From: Amoebophrya sp. A120
Taxonomy: Eukaryota > Protista > Dinoflagellata
DNA length: 64,000 nucleotides
NCBI GenBank assembly: GCA_905178155.1
Contig: CAJINV010000001.1
Coordinates: 5,985,860 to 6,049,859 of the forward strand
Direction of reading: 5' to 3'
The translations under genes and the position numbers were made by a program. Of the stretch, positions 11,733 to 22,375 are shown piece after piece (the stretch's first letter is position 1; the number at the start of each line of letters is the position of its first letter). Under the pieces are notes generated by a model, which worked only from the letters and a program-made list of their open reading frames with translations, was not told where the DNA came from and did not search any database.

Positions 11733-12640
11733 ATGGGTCGACGAGCGCGAAGGGCGGCCAAGCAGGCAAAGCCGCGGCCAAAACTCGACACACAATTCGA
11801 TTGCCCCTTCTGCAACTCCGCGAAAAGCGTTGAGGTACTTCATGATTTTATAATTTTAAGTTGGTGAAGTACCAGCCCAAGGCAGGTCTCATTAGGCCTG
11901 TAGTTTTACTTAATTCCCTAGCTCCGGCATCGGCGTCGGCCGACTACGATACAGATTCAAAAGACGACTCTAGTAAAGATTTTTGCAGTAAGCGTGCGAC
12001 GAGGGACTCACTGACAAACTTCGTTTTGGGTGCGCGTTGTACATCAAGTTTGTGAGAAGAAACAAATGAGACAGGAAGATGAGCTATAGTACTATTTGAC
12101 AAAATGAATCAATGAAATACGAATACGAAAGGTAAAAATGTCGAGGCCTGAGACGTTGGGGCAGCTAAAGTGTCGAGTGTGCGGTGTGGGGTACCAGACA
12201 CGTATCAATTATCTAATGGAGCCCGTAGACGTGTACTCAGAATGGATCGACGAGGCGGCGCAAATTGCGAAGCTACGCGACCAAAAGGCAAAGAACGCGC
12301 CCTCCTCTGGAGCGGCCGCCTCATCAAGCGCAGTGCCAAGGAGGTACTTAGTGCAGCCAGTTTGTTTTGTTGGTCCCGTGACCTAGTACCAAAAGCACAT
12401 GTTCTTCTCCTCCAAACGAGCTACCTACGAAAGATTGGTTGTTGAGAATATACAAAAATTATACGAATTTTTCGCTGAAAGAGAAAAATATTTAGTGGAT
12501 TTTTTCTTGTTTGCAGGTCTGCAACAGAAGGGGGAGGCAGCGTAACGGCCGCGAAGAAAGGGGACGACGAGGAGCTAAAATTCATACTGCGGGACGACAA
12601 GAGAATATCGGGACCTGAAATTGAAGACCCGGAGTTCTAG
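11733..12640 (+). CDS. ELF1: Transcription elongation factor Elf1 (ELOF1) zinc-ribbon protein, 145 aa
   Basis: Exons 11733-11834, 12132-12343 and 12517-12640 with canonical GT-AG introns. MGRR...KLDTQFDCPFCN...CRVCG...YQTRINYLMEPVDVYSEWIDE is the Elf1 signature. Confidence 0.93.
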
Positions 12641-13782
12641 CACGAAATAAGAGTACGCCTCCTCTTCATGCTGAGCGCATCGCTGCCAACTTCAGTACCA
12701 CCGCCGCATTGTGTCAAATGAACATGTTCATATTCATTCTTCCATGAACTGCTGCATGCACGTGATCAGACGACCGGGAACTACGTCCTCGCGCGACAAG
12801 AGCACAAAATAGTCCTGTCCTCGCTGCTCTTGCAGAAGCAAAAAATGCTTTGCGGTTCTACTTCGGAAGAGTAAGTGCCCCGGCTCGCTGAGGCACTGGA
12901 TGATCAGCGTCGTGTTCCACTAGCAGCGCCCCTACGTTGGAGTCATCATCTTGGTCGTCGTTCGACTACAAATCACACGAGTGAGAATGAACCTGTGCGG
13001 TCGCAGCTGGTTGACCACGGTCTTGCTTGGCGTGCGTGAAATGTACCAGGGAGCGGATGCTGTGTGTCTCTGTTCCTGTAATGAATTTGAACAATCGACG
13101 CACCTTCTTCAGCGCGACTTGATTTTGATGGCATCGTGCTTTTATTGGGGTGATGGTGTTTGCGATTGCGTTTCCGCGAAGGTGCATGGAAATCGAAATG
13201 CACATATTATTGAACACTGTGTTTCAGGACGGATCCATGTGGCAGACAGATCCGACGGAAAGGAAGCCTGCTGTTGCACCACGCGATGGATCGATAAGGT
13301 CGTGGTAGCTGTTCCCCGACGAAGCAATATTGGTACCTGTCGACAACGAATATCCATTTTCTCGTGGTCTTTGCTCTTCGTTTCGTTTTGCTTTGCAGGA
13401 GTTTTTCGGTTTTCAGTTGTATGCCATCAAAAGAAGGCAACGTAATCTGTTCCTGGCAACATTCTTTCATCTCTCGCGTGATCCTGATTGGGCCCCTTGA
13501 AACGACCTTTTGATGGATAGGAAGTATCTTTCTTCGCTTATTGATTCATTATCCACTACCACTAGCATAAAGTTTAAGTTTTCCTTATCGTTCTGTGTGG
13601 CGATGAGATTGTGCCTTTTGTTCAATTCCCTATCTTGCCGCAACTGATTGGCAAAAAAAAGAAAAATACCGACCATAAAGGAAAAGCTTACTAAAATAAA
13701 TTTTTTACCTTTTCGACCACTAGACGTGGAAATTACAGTTCGTTGTACATTCATAGGAAACGCCAACCTTTGATTCCAGAAA

Positions 13783-16700
13783 ATGTCGGTGTTTCACCTG
13801 GGAATCGTTTGTGCATGCGTCCCGTGGTTTTACGGTCCGTATGGGCAGCAATCTTTGCAACTGGCGCAGTACTTGTACGATACCTACCAGTACCAAATCT
13901 CGTGGTTCGTGTACGAGTCGCAGCCGCTGCCGCAGGACAAGATGGACAAGTACCCCTGGGTCCGGTTTCATCGGATCGGTAAGGCACCTTGGATCTACAT
14001 TTCGGAGCTGAACGCCGAGTTCCGAAAAGCAAGTGCAGTTGCGTCTTCTAGTACTTCTATTTCGGCGAAGAAAAGCCCACCGGCTTCATCCGGCAAGGGC
14101 CGGAAGAACAAGAACGGGGAACTACAAGCTCGAACAACGTTGCCGCCAACTTGGGAAAAAAAGAAAATTGATGCTTTTGTCACGATGATGGACATGAACC
14201 GGATTTTTGTGGACGAGCCCTTCGAGCCGGTGGCCGTGTCCTTATGCATTGCAAATATGTCTGGGTCTGGAAGGTTGCAACTTGTCATGCTACATCTGGA
14301 TCGTGCAAAAATTTGTGTTGCATGATTACCAAAAGAGGTCCACTTTTGAGCAAGTTTAGAGGCCTTTTCTCATGCAGGAACGGCATGATAGAGATCTCAC
14401 AGAACCTGTCATGCTAGGCCGTGCATGCCAGACCGCGTGGGTCATGGAAAACCTGCATGACAAGCCTAGCAATCTTCTACAGAGCCACACATTTTTGCAT
14501 TTGATAGTCCTGGTTTCCCAACCACTGGGAGAAGCTGGACATCCACTCGCGCCACGCGCTGAGCCAGTTCGAGGTCGTATGTCCCTTGGCGCCGTCGGAC
14601 GCCGTTTCGATCCAGGCTATCAACTGTAAAAATGTCTGGGTCTGGAAGAATCCAACTTGTCATGCTGATTTTGAATTCTAAAAAAATATCAATATGTATT
14701 GCATGAGCAGCAAAGAGAGTCCAAGTTTTGCTGCACGGAAAGAGCATTTATCATGCGGTATAGGCATCAGGAAGCCCTCACAAAATCTGTGATGTTAGGG
14801 CATGCATCACAGACATCAGGAGTCATGCAAAATGTGCATTTTGGCTCAAGTGGAGTTTCGCAAGGAAAGTAGATAAACACCCGTACGTGGCGGGTCCTCT
14901 GTGCCCCTTTACAGTAGTACAAGCTAGAGCATCGGCGCCCCGAGCGTCCGTGCGAACACTAAAAACGCACATGGCCTCTCCTCCGACGACAGCCATCGAC
15001 TTACCGTCTTGCCCACGCCCAGAAGCACGGTAAAGGACCGCCACGCCGCCAATGACTGCCGGTGGATTGGGCAGGTGCCATGACAAGCATAGCATGGACC
15101 TCGGCATAAAGCACAACACGAGCGGAAAAAGGGCGCTTCGTTACTATCTTCGATGAGAAGGCTGGTCACCACACGCGGCCCAGCACAATCCCCAGCATGA
15201 GTGGAGTCGGACGCTTTCGGGAAGACATCTTCCGCGCAGGGTCCGCGCATCAGCAGATGCCGCGTGGCGCATCACGGGACGCGAGCGTGCGCTGGAGCCA
15301 CGGCCATGTGATGGCGATCCTCTGGGCGGAGCAAAGTAGTATAGAGCTATTTTTTATTGTGCTTTTTGGTTTCCTCCTCTTATGTCCTTGCATGTGAAGT
15401 AGCTTCGTTGTGTCTCCTTCTCTCTTTCATCATTTGGCCGGTCTGCTACTCTGTTGTTGTGTGCACGGGGGCGGAACATGTCCGTCCCCGTCGTTGCCTC
15501 AATTAAATCACAGGTGCCCGCTCTTCCTGTGGACCCTGGAAGATGATGTTGTCGCTCGACCAAGATTCGCCTGCGCTGTCACCGCATCTCTCCCACCCCC
15601 AGAATCCAGGGCAGACCTGATAGTCTGTGCGCGTAAAGTCCCTGCTGTGACTCTAGCGGCACCCCTGATAGAGCGTGTTTGGATTCTGGGCATTTGCGCA
15701 CAGGACTGCGGCCCAGCAACGCAGGCCAGGGCGGGACCATAGGAGCTTCGCGAGGCGGCGCGGGTACTCCTAAATGGCTTACGGTAGTGGAGTCGGCGGG
15801 CTGCTGGACGTATCTTGAGTTCCCCGCCCCAGATGCGTATGCGAGCGCGCGCGGCATTTCCAGCTCCCTCGTTCGAGGTAGTAGCCATGTCTGGGTTCCC
15901 CACGAGGACGAGATACGAGTGGAAGCCAGTGCCGACCAACATGAACGCGTGGCGACGGATCCCGCAAACGAGATGATGGGTGTTGCTCACCGCCTTCGGT
16001 GTTGGCGACGTGTCTGGATGCTGGATGTCCTATGTCCACCCCTCTCGTGGCCGTTCTGGTGCGCCTTCTCATGTGAGGTCGTTGACATGGCTTGGTGGGA
16101 AATTCCCGTTGCGCGAGGCTCTTGCCTTGCCCTCTGTCTTCGTCCCCAGTGGTGTTGCGACAGTAGAAGCGTCTGTTGTGGCCGTCGGAGCTTGCTCTGG
16201 GTCTTGCGGCTCCTCTTGTCTTCGGTGGAGTACCTGAGTGGCTTCTGCTGCTGCCTCCGTTGACTTTTGGCTGCTGCTTGACTGGCGGTTGGGAACACTT
16301 CAGGCGTCTTTGTGCTGTGCTTCGGCCGCGTGGTCCCCAGTTTTCCCCGGGTCCGGAACTCTGGGTTACCTTGGTCGAGTTGGTGTCACTGTCGGTTCAC
16401 CTATGTCCCTGCCTTTCTGTTCTTGCCACTGGGAACAGTCTGTGCGTTTCTTTCGTCAGCGGCTTCTTGGCGCTGAAGCTCGTTGACGATTGTTTCGGGA
16501 GGTTCCTTACGGCCCCTGAGGACATTGCCTCGCTGCCGACCAGGCCGAACTTAGAGGTCGGCTTCGGGAAGGCTACCCGGAGTTGAGTCTGTTTCGGCAG
16601 GTCTCTTGTGAATGCGAGGGCAGTGGTTGGCTGAGGTTGTTGGAGCGTTCCATAGTGTCGCTCCAGATCATTTCTGATCCTTCTCCAACTTCCTCATTTC

Positions 16701-19700
16701 CTGTGTGGTCTAATGCAGATTGCAGATCACAACACAGGGCCACCCTCGTATCTCACCTCCAGGGGGGGCGCGCGGACCTCGCTTGCCATTTCGTTTGGTC
16801 TCGCGAAAGTTCCAGCTCCCCCGAGCGGTAGTAGGGAATTTCCAAGAGTGCAAAATGTGCATGACAAACCTGGCGATCTTCCAGACCCAGACACTTTTAC
16901 ATTCGATCCAGGAGCAGCTCCCACACAAGGTGGTGCGGCACGTCCCGCACGTCATCCGCCATGTTGAACGAGACAAAGCGAGAGCACACGATAAAGAAGT
17001 AGGATCTCCACGAGAAGAAGATGGAGATCTAAAAAAGGCGGCCTTGCGCAAAAAGTTCGGGGTTCCGCCGCGGGCGTTCATAGTGCTAGTGGTGTTTTCC
17101 AACTACGATCGGCAGCACAACCGCAAGATGCCGGACATGAGTCTCGCCGTGTTTCGTGAACTGTACCGGGAGTCCGTGCGAAACGGCACCGCTGTAGAGG
17201 AGCGGCCCTTTTTGTACGTCCACGCGCTGAAGCATCCGGACCTGCAGAAGGAGCAGGGCAGCGAGGGGATGCCCATGCACCTCATTTGGGATTCGCTACA
17301 GCAGGACGGGGAAATCTTGCCAATCCGCGTCAACGAGGACGAAATGCCCTACGCCGACATTCTGCAGCTCCCGCAGATGGCGGACGTGTTTCTCCATCCC
17401 GCTGTATCACGTGGCGTGAAAACTAGAACCTTAGACCAGATGCTGTCATGGGCTATAATGAACGGATCTCTGTACCAAATATAAATAAACACCGTTGAAA
17501 TTATCATTATGCTAGCACATACAAAATCAATTGCGGAGGCATTTTCTTATGCTAAGAAATATTCAATTCCTCGTGCTTGTGACGGTGAGGATTACACCAG
17601 GTTCTTTTTCACTGCATACGAAAAGGCGGAGGGCTTTGGGCTACCCGTGCTGGAGGCGCAGTTGGGCGGCATTCCGGTCGTCACCACCGCGTTCGGGGCC
17701 ATGCGCGACTACGCGATGTATGGGCGCGCAGTACCTCCAAACGGGCCGCTTTTTATGGAGCTGGGTTTCGCAGCCATGCCGGATTTTCAAGGGACCCTCA
17801 GCGCGCTGCGGGACTTACACTGGAGCCTCACTTCCATTCGGAAGGCGTCGGGAGGAATTGCGGACAGCCAAGGAAGAACTGGGCGGAAGCAAGAAGAGCG
17901 GCAGGAAGAAGTGCTAGCTTGCAAAAGCAGGAGGCCCAGGGAAGGTGAAGGGCGGAGTGCGGAATTGGATATTGAAGACGGGCCTCGGAGTCTCGCTGCG
18001 CCACGCGCTGCATCAAGGCGGGAGGTCCAGGTGGATAGTTTAGGCCTCGTGGTCGATGGCGGTGGTGAAGGGAACAGAACTAGTGCGGAGAGCCACGACG
18101 CCCGCTCGATTGTTCAGCGGCTGCGATGTGAACTCGAAGAGCAAAGGGAGCGTGCGCAAGCATACATTGCCGCCAACATGTCCGCTGCCAGTGTGGGAGA
18201 CGCGTTCCACAGTTATGAATTGTAGAAAGGAAATCTTCCTCACGAGGAGACGATTCAAGTGCAGGAGGTTAGTGAATGCATGCAACTCGAAGTCAAGCGA
18301 CATTTCTTTTTGCTGCACGATGTCACTGCGTTCATCTTCTCCATTCTATATGAATCTTCTATCATCGGAGCGGTTTGTATAGCATTGAAAGCACGAAAGG
18401 CTTGTAGGCGGAAAAACGATGAATGACAACGATGAGGCTCCTCTCCTTTTTTCAAAAATATTTCACTACGTCGTGGTACGAAAGCAAAGTACAAGTACTC
18501 GTGAACATACTTGACTCAATTTCTGCAGTAGCAGGGGGAAGATTCAGTTTTTCTTTCACAGCGTCGTATTCGCGTCCGTCCGGAAGCCCGCCTACGTATC
18601 ACACAGAAAAAAGCTGGCAGGGCATATTTGTAATGCAAAAATAAATACGCAAAAAAATCTGTCATGGGTGGCCCCTTAGCATGCTGTTTCGGATATGCAA
18701 CACAGATCTTTTTGTGTATTTATTTTTGCATTACAAATGTGACCTGCCAGCTTTTTTCTGTGTGATACTACGAGACAACGTTTCGCGTGTTTTCGTACGC
18801 CGAAAAGGTCCCCAAGAACCCGCCGGAAACGTCGCGGAAGGTGAAGTTTTTTGCTAAGAGCATGAAATCTTTTTTCCCATTCCCAATGTGAAGGTGATAC
18901 TTGGTTGTACAACCTATATGCTGGTCCTTTCCGTCGCTGCGCCGGTTTTTACACCTTGCCTGCGGTGCTTGCCTGGGAAAGAAGACGTTTTTAGACAGAG
19001 TTGAGGCCAACGCATGGTAAGTCTTCAGCGTTGTAACCAAAGAGAACGAGACCTCAAAGAGGCTTGTTTTCGGGGAAGGTAAACTTGTAAATGCAGAAAA
19101 CAAAAGCTTTCTTGTTCATACCAATCTTCGTCTCGCCAAATTTCGTCATTGACCGTGACAAAGTAAATTACGTAATCAAGAATTACGTGATCAACAAGAC
19201 TGACCACAATGCGACCACCTCGGAGCTGGCGGTGACAAACAGGAGCACCACGCAAAGCAAAATTGATGGGGAAAATGCAACGCAGCTGGTCGCGACATCG
19301 CAAAACCTAACGTCTTCTAGTGCCGATGCCGAAGGGCCCTTATGCAATATCGCACCGACCCGGCCTTGCGCTAGCGCTTCGCCCTACCGTTGTCTTTCTG
19401 CTGCTTTCCATGATTTGGTTCATTTTTTTTTTTGCATTCTGTTTCTTTTCATTGTCTTTCTATGTCTTCTATCCGCGGTTGTTGTGCCGGGGAGAAGTGT
19501 GCGCATCGAACTGCTCTTGTAATGAAGACCAGCAGAAAAAAAGAAAAACGGATGCCACGTCCCACGTTGCTGTGGTGCTAGTTTTCGTAGTTGTCATGTA
19601 CTTACCTGATTTTTTGTATGAGTACAATCTGACGGAGCAGCAGCAGCCGGCGTCACAGCGGTGGTGGCGGCGCCAGGTGGTCCGTGTTTGCACTTGCATT

Positions 19701-20220
19701 CTGCACGCTGTGGGTGGGATCACATTACGAGCTATCGGGTGGGGAGATGCCACGGTTTTCTTTCGGGAAGGGTGTTGTGCAGAAGAAGGCCGGCTCTCGG
19801 GTGCTCGGGATCCTGGACGGCGGTGGAGCGTCGGGAGAGATGCCGACTCTGATCATGCGCCGCAAGGTGTGGAGAAAAGTCTGGAAGCCGGATGTTCCTG
19901 CGGTGCAGATCTTTCAAAAAATGCACGCAATTAGCCGGGATTTCCGCTACGCCGGCGTGGTCGGTGTACGGCGTCCCATATGCGAAGAAAAAAGTGTTAC
20001 AATTACGCATTGATGTTTTGCGGAACAAGCAAGACAGACCACAACCTTTGTCATGCCACAAATGCTTTCGGCTCTCGTTTCGTAACTGTTTTCCTTTGTG
20101 ATCGCTGCGTTGAAGATGTAGAGCAGCTTAAGGTAGTGGAACTGTAACACTTTTTTGTTGGGATATCCCACACAACAGTGGGGTCAGGGAGATTACGCCC
20201 TTCCGGGCGTGAAACGGTGA
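13783..20220 (+). CDS. GT-B fold glycosyltransferase (GT4 / Glycos_transf_1-like), multi-exon; 3' exons uncertain
   Basis: Spliced motif DVFLHPA^KAEGFGLPVLEAQLGGIPVVTT. Exons 13783-14241, 14511-14616, 16913-17403, 17623-18212, ~18565-18595 and 18772 onward are in frame. Structure between ~18840 and 19680 is unresolved, so the last part could be a separate gene. Confidence 0.75.
14242..14510 (+). mobile_element. Introner, TIR family 1
   Basis: TATGCATTGCAAATATGTCTGGGTCTGGAAG ... CACATTTTTGCATTTGATA. Direct repeat GTCCT/GTCCT. Join gives AVS^WFPNHW. Confidence 0.9.
14840..16848. mobile_element. 2009-bp non-autonomous insertion (copy B) with a 14-bp target-site duplication
   Basis: TGCAAAATGTGCAT occurs at 14826-14839 and 16849-16862, while the intact introner has the site once (TGCAAACTGTGCTTGACAAACC near 59005). 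No TIR and no recognisable ORF. Confidence 0.88.
16631..16826. ncRNA. Putative conserved structured RNA (copy B), family unknown
   Basis: Stems TGGAGCG 16641-16647/CGCTCCA 16659-16665, GATCA 16666-16670/TGATC 16675-16679, CCTGTG 16700-16705/CACAGG 16733-16738 and TCGC 16779-16782/GCGA 16803-16806. They covary with 1-191. Confidence 0.6.
17404..17622 (+). mobile_element. Decayed introner
   Basis: TAT...ATA ends and residual TIR GTGAAAACTAGAACCT/AGGTTCTTTTTCAC. Removal rebuilds the P-x-x-x-EGFG glycosyltransferase motif. Confidence 0.8.
18213..18564 (+). mobile_element. Decayed introner
   Basis: TATGAATTGTAGAAAGGAAATCTTCC/GGAAGATTCAGTTTTTCTTTCACA. In-frame join AFHS^VFASVRK. The 3' end could instead be the AG at 18561. 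Confidence 0.6.
18596..18771 (+). mobile_element. Young, almost fully palindromic introner (MITE-like)
   Basis: About 60-nt TIR starting TATCACACAGAAAAAAGCTGGCAGG/CCTGCCAGCTTTTTTCTGTGTGATA. Direct repeat CTACG/CTACG. Confidence 0.92.
19978..20169 (+). mobile_element. Introner, TIR family 3
   Basis: AAAAAAGTGTTACAATT/AACTGTAACACTTTTTT. Direct repeat TCCCA/TCCCA. Confidence 0.88.
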
Positions 20221-20714
20221 AGCGATTTCCTGTCCGATTGCGAAGAGCAATTTTTCTATCTGCATCTTTGTATGTTTTATTGCAAGTGCAAAGAAATGGA
20301 ATTTCCATTTCGACGAAACTGAATCACAAAATGCCATGATATGTTTCTTCACCTCCGGCTCCGTCCTTCTGCGCCCAAGTTTCGACTCTCAAGTTAATTC
20401 GTTTTTTTTTTTGGATTCCTTGTTTATGTTTTATTCTCGAAATTTGTTCACAACGCCACTGTGCGCCACGTGGTTTTCGAGGTGAGTCAGAGCGTGTGAC
20501 GGATATAAAACTGCGCCCATGAAGATACCTCGAAGATGACGCTTCCATTTTGCGACGAAAAATTATTTGAATCGATAAAGTCAGCAGTAAAAAGTCCGAC
20601 GAAAAAATCTGATGCCAGCGTCGAAACGCTCCGGAGACCTGTCTTCGTCAAAATGCAATCGTTAGCTCCTTGTAATTGTATACGCGGATTTACGATCATT
20701 TTCTTCTGTGGTAT

Positions 20715-21772
20715 TCTACTGAATCGTTTTCGTTCAAGGCTTCGGTCTGGAATAAGTGCTTGCCTTTTTCCTTCAGAACACAGCAAAAAACAACTATCCC
20801 AACTTGATATAACAAAATCCCAACTTGACTCCAGCAACGACCTGAATCCGATCTGCTTCTCTCCTACATTGATTTGGTAAAGAAAAAGAGACAGTAGAGA
20901 GAAAAGTGAAGCCTTGGATCGAAAACCATAGGGGAATTCTGTCGGTTTGGGTTGTTTCTTATGGAAAATCATGAGTTGACACAGCAAAATCCCAAGTTGA
21001 CAGAAAACACGACTACTACACGCTCTCAGAGGAGTGCTTCCACGTTCTCAGACAACTCCTTCATCACCCGGGAGTGCTCCTCAAGTGGATGCGTGGACGT
21101 ATTGCATTGAAAGGACGACGCAGGTGGACGGTGTGGAGGTACTCCACACGGACTATGGACGCAGGGAGACGCGGACGTCACAACTGGACGTCGTGGGTGC
21201 CTCATGCGCGCACGATATATGGGCCATGGGGGCCGCCCTCTTTGCACGATATGGCGGCCCCTTTTTGTGCGAAATATGGGCCTTTTTTGCACGGTGCATG
21301 GGCCTCTTTTGTACGATGCATGGGCCTTTTTTGTACGATATATGGGCCATTTTTGTGCGATATGTGGACCATTTTTGTGCGATATGTGGACCATTTTTGC
21401 ACGATGTGCGGGCCTTTTTCGCACGAAGGTCTAGCACTTTTCGAACGATATTCCGGTCGCGCCGGGACTGCTGCCGAGCCTCTCCGCCTGGAGAAGCCAG
21501 GGCCCTGGGTGGGCAGAATTGGCGATGCTAAACACTACCACTCGGGCAAAAATACCAATATCGTGGAAAATCGCCAACAACGGGAGCGAATTCGCTTGGG
21601 ACAAGGCCAACAGCGCTACCCTGCTCCACCCTAGCGCGGGCTGTATCTACCCGGTAGAAGCAGAGCTCCCAAGCCCCCACAGAAGGCCCCCTAGCTACAG
21701 GCCCCTTAGCTGGAGGCCCCCCAGGAGGCTGTATCTACTGAATCGTTTTCCTTCAAGGCTTCGGTCTGGAAT
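20715..21772. repeat. ~980-bp segment bracketed by a 39-bp direct repeat
   Basis: TCTACTGAATCGTTTTC(G/C)TTCAAGGCTTCGGTCTGGAAT at 20715-20753 and 21734-21772, one mismatch. Confidence 0.8.
21210..21426. repeat. Minisatellite, ~22-nt unit, about 9-10 degenerate copies
   Basis: Consensus approximately TTTTTG(C/T)(A/G)CGATAT(A/G)TGG(G/A)CCA, head to tail with no spacers. Confidence 0.9.
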
Positions 21773-22375
21773 TATGCACGCTCAACGGCACAAACACTGC
21801 TGCGTTCCGTGAGGCTGACTACTAACTTTGGGTTTTTCATCAGCTTGGTAAAACTCGGCTAAATCGTTCTTGTTGTTGCAGTTTCGTGCGTCTCTCATAC
21901 ATCTCGTGTTGTTCTCAACAGAAATAGAACAATGTTGAAATACGCCACTTCGTCCTCGCCTTGACATTCGTGCGTAGGTGATTTGTTTCGAAATTTCCCA
22001 TGTAGTGCAGCCCTGTACGCAGTCGCAAGTGTGCAATGCTTTTTACGGAAGTGAAAATTTCGTTCATACACCATTTTTATCGTAATTATTCATACGTAAA
22101 ATAACTCTTCCCAGGCCCCCCGCGTAGCTTACTAGCTTTTGTCACAAACTCAGGTATCGGCAGTATAGTTTGTACCGCCGAGTAAAAGGGAGAAGTAAGT
22201 TGTCTGTGTGTGGTACGTCGGGCTCGGGACGGACCTGACCATTACGGCTACTGGCACTCGTGTGCGTCAAGTAGTTACAACTTGCTGCTGTAAAGTAATC
22301 GCAGCAGAGAGGCAGTGCCAGTGGCATCTCGAGGTCGACGGGGAGTAGGGTCGTACCCGGGGCAAGTCGAGCGGC

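Larger units (their letters stand above)
14617..16912 (+). mobile_element. Family-1 introner expanded to 2296 nt by a nested insertion
   Basis: Left TIR TATCAACTGTAAAAATGTCTGGGTCTGGAAG and right TIR CTTCCAGACCCAGACACTTTTACATTCGATC. Arms align with the intact copy at 58795-59064. Join gives SIQ^EQLPHK. Confidence 0.9.

Noticed and set aside
12951-13766. Possible minus-strand type II membrane protein gene (ORF 13467-13766 and neighbours)
   Set aside because: AT-rich and fragmented, with no consistent splice model or motif. It cannot be supported without transcripts.
15225-15262. Hammerhead-like CTGATG...stem...GGAA on the minus strand of the nested insert
   Set aside because: It lacks the required CUGANGA and GAAA core and a convincing third stem.
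15410-16586. ORFs of 100-194 aa inside the nested insert
   Set aside because: No recognisable motifs, overlapping in several frames, and consistent with chance ORFs in GC-rich skewed DNA.
16631-16848. HDV-like ribozyme assignment for the conserved structure
   Set aside because: I could not place P3/L3, the P1.1 GG and the catalytic J4/2 C in the required order on either strand, so it is left unclassified.
21210-21426. Possible CRISPR array
   Set aside because: The units are contiguous and degenerate with no unique spacers, there are no cas genes, and the context is eukaryotic. It is a minisatellite.
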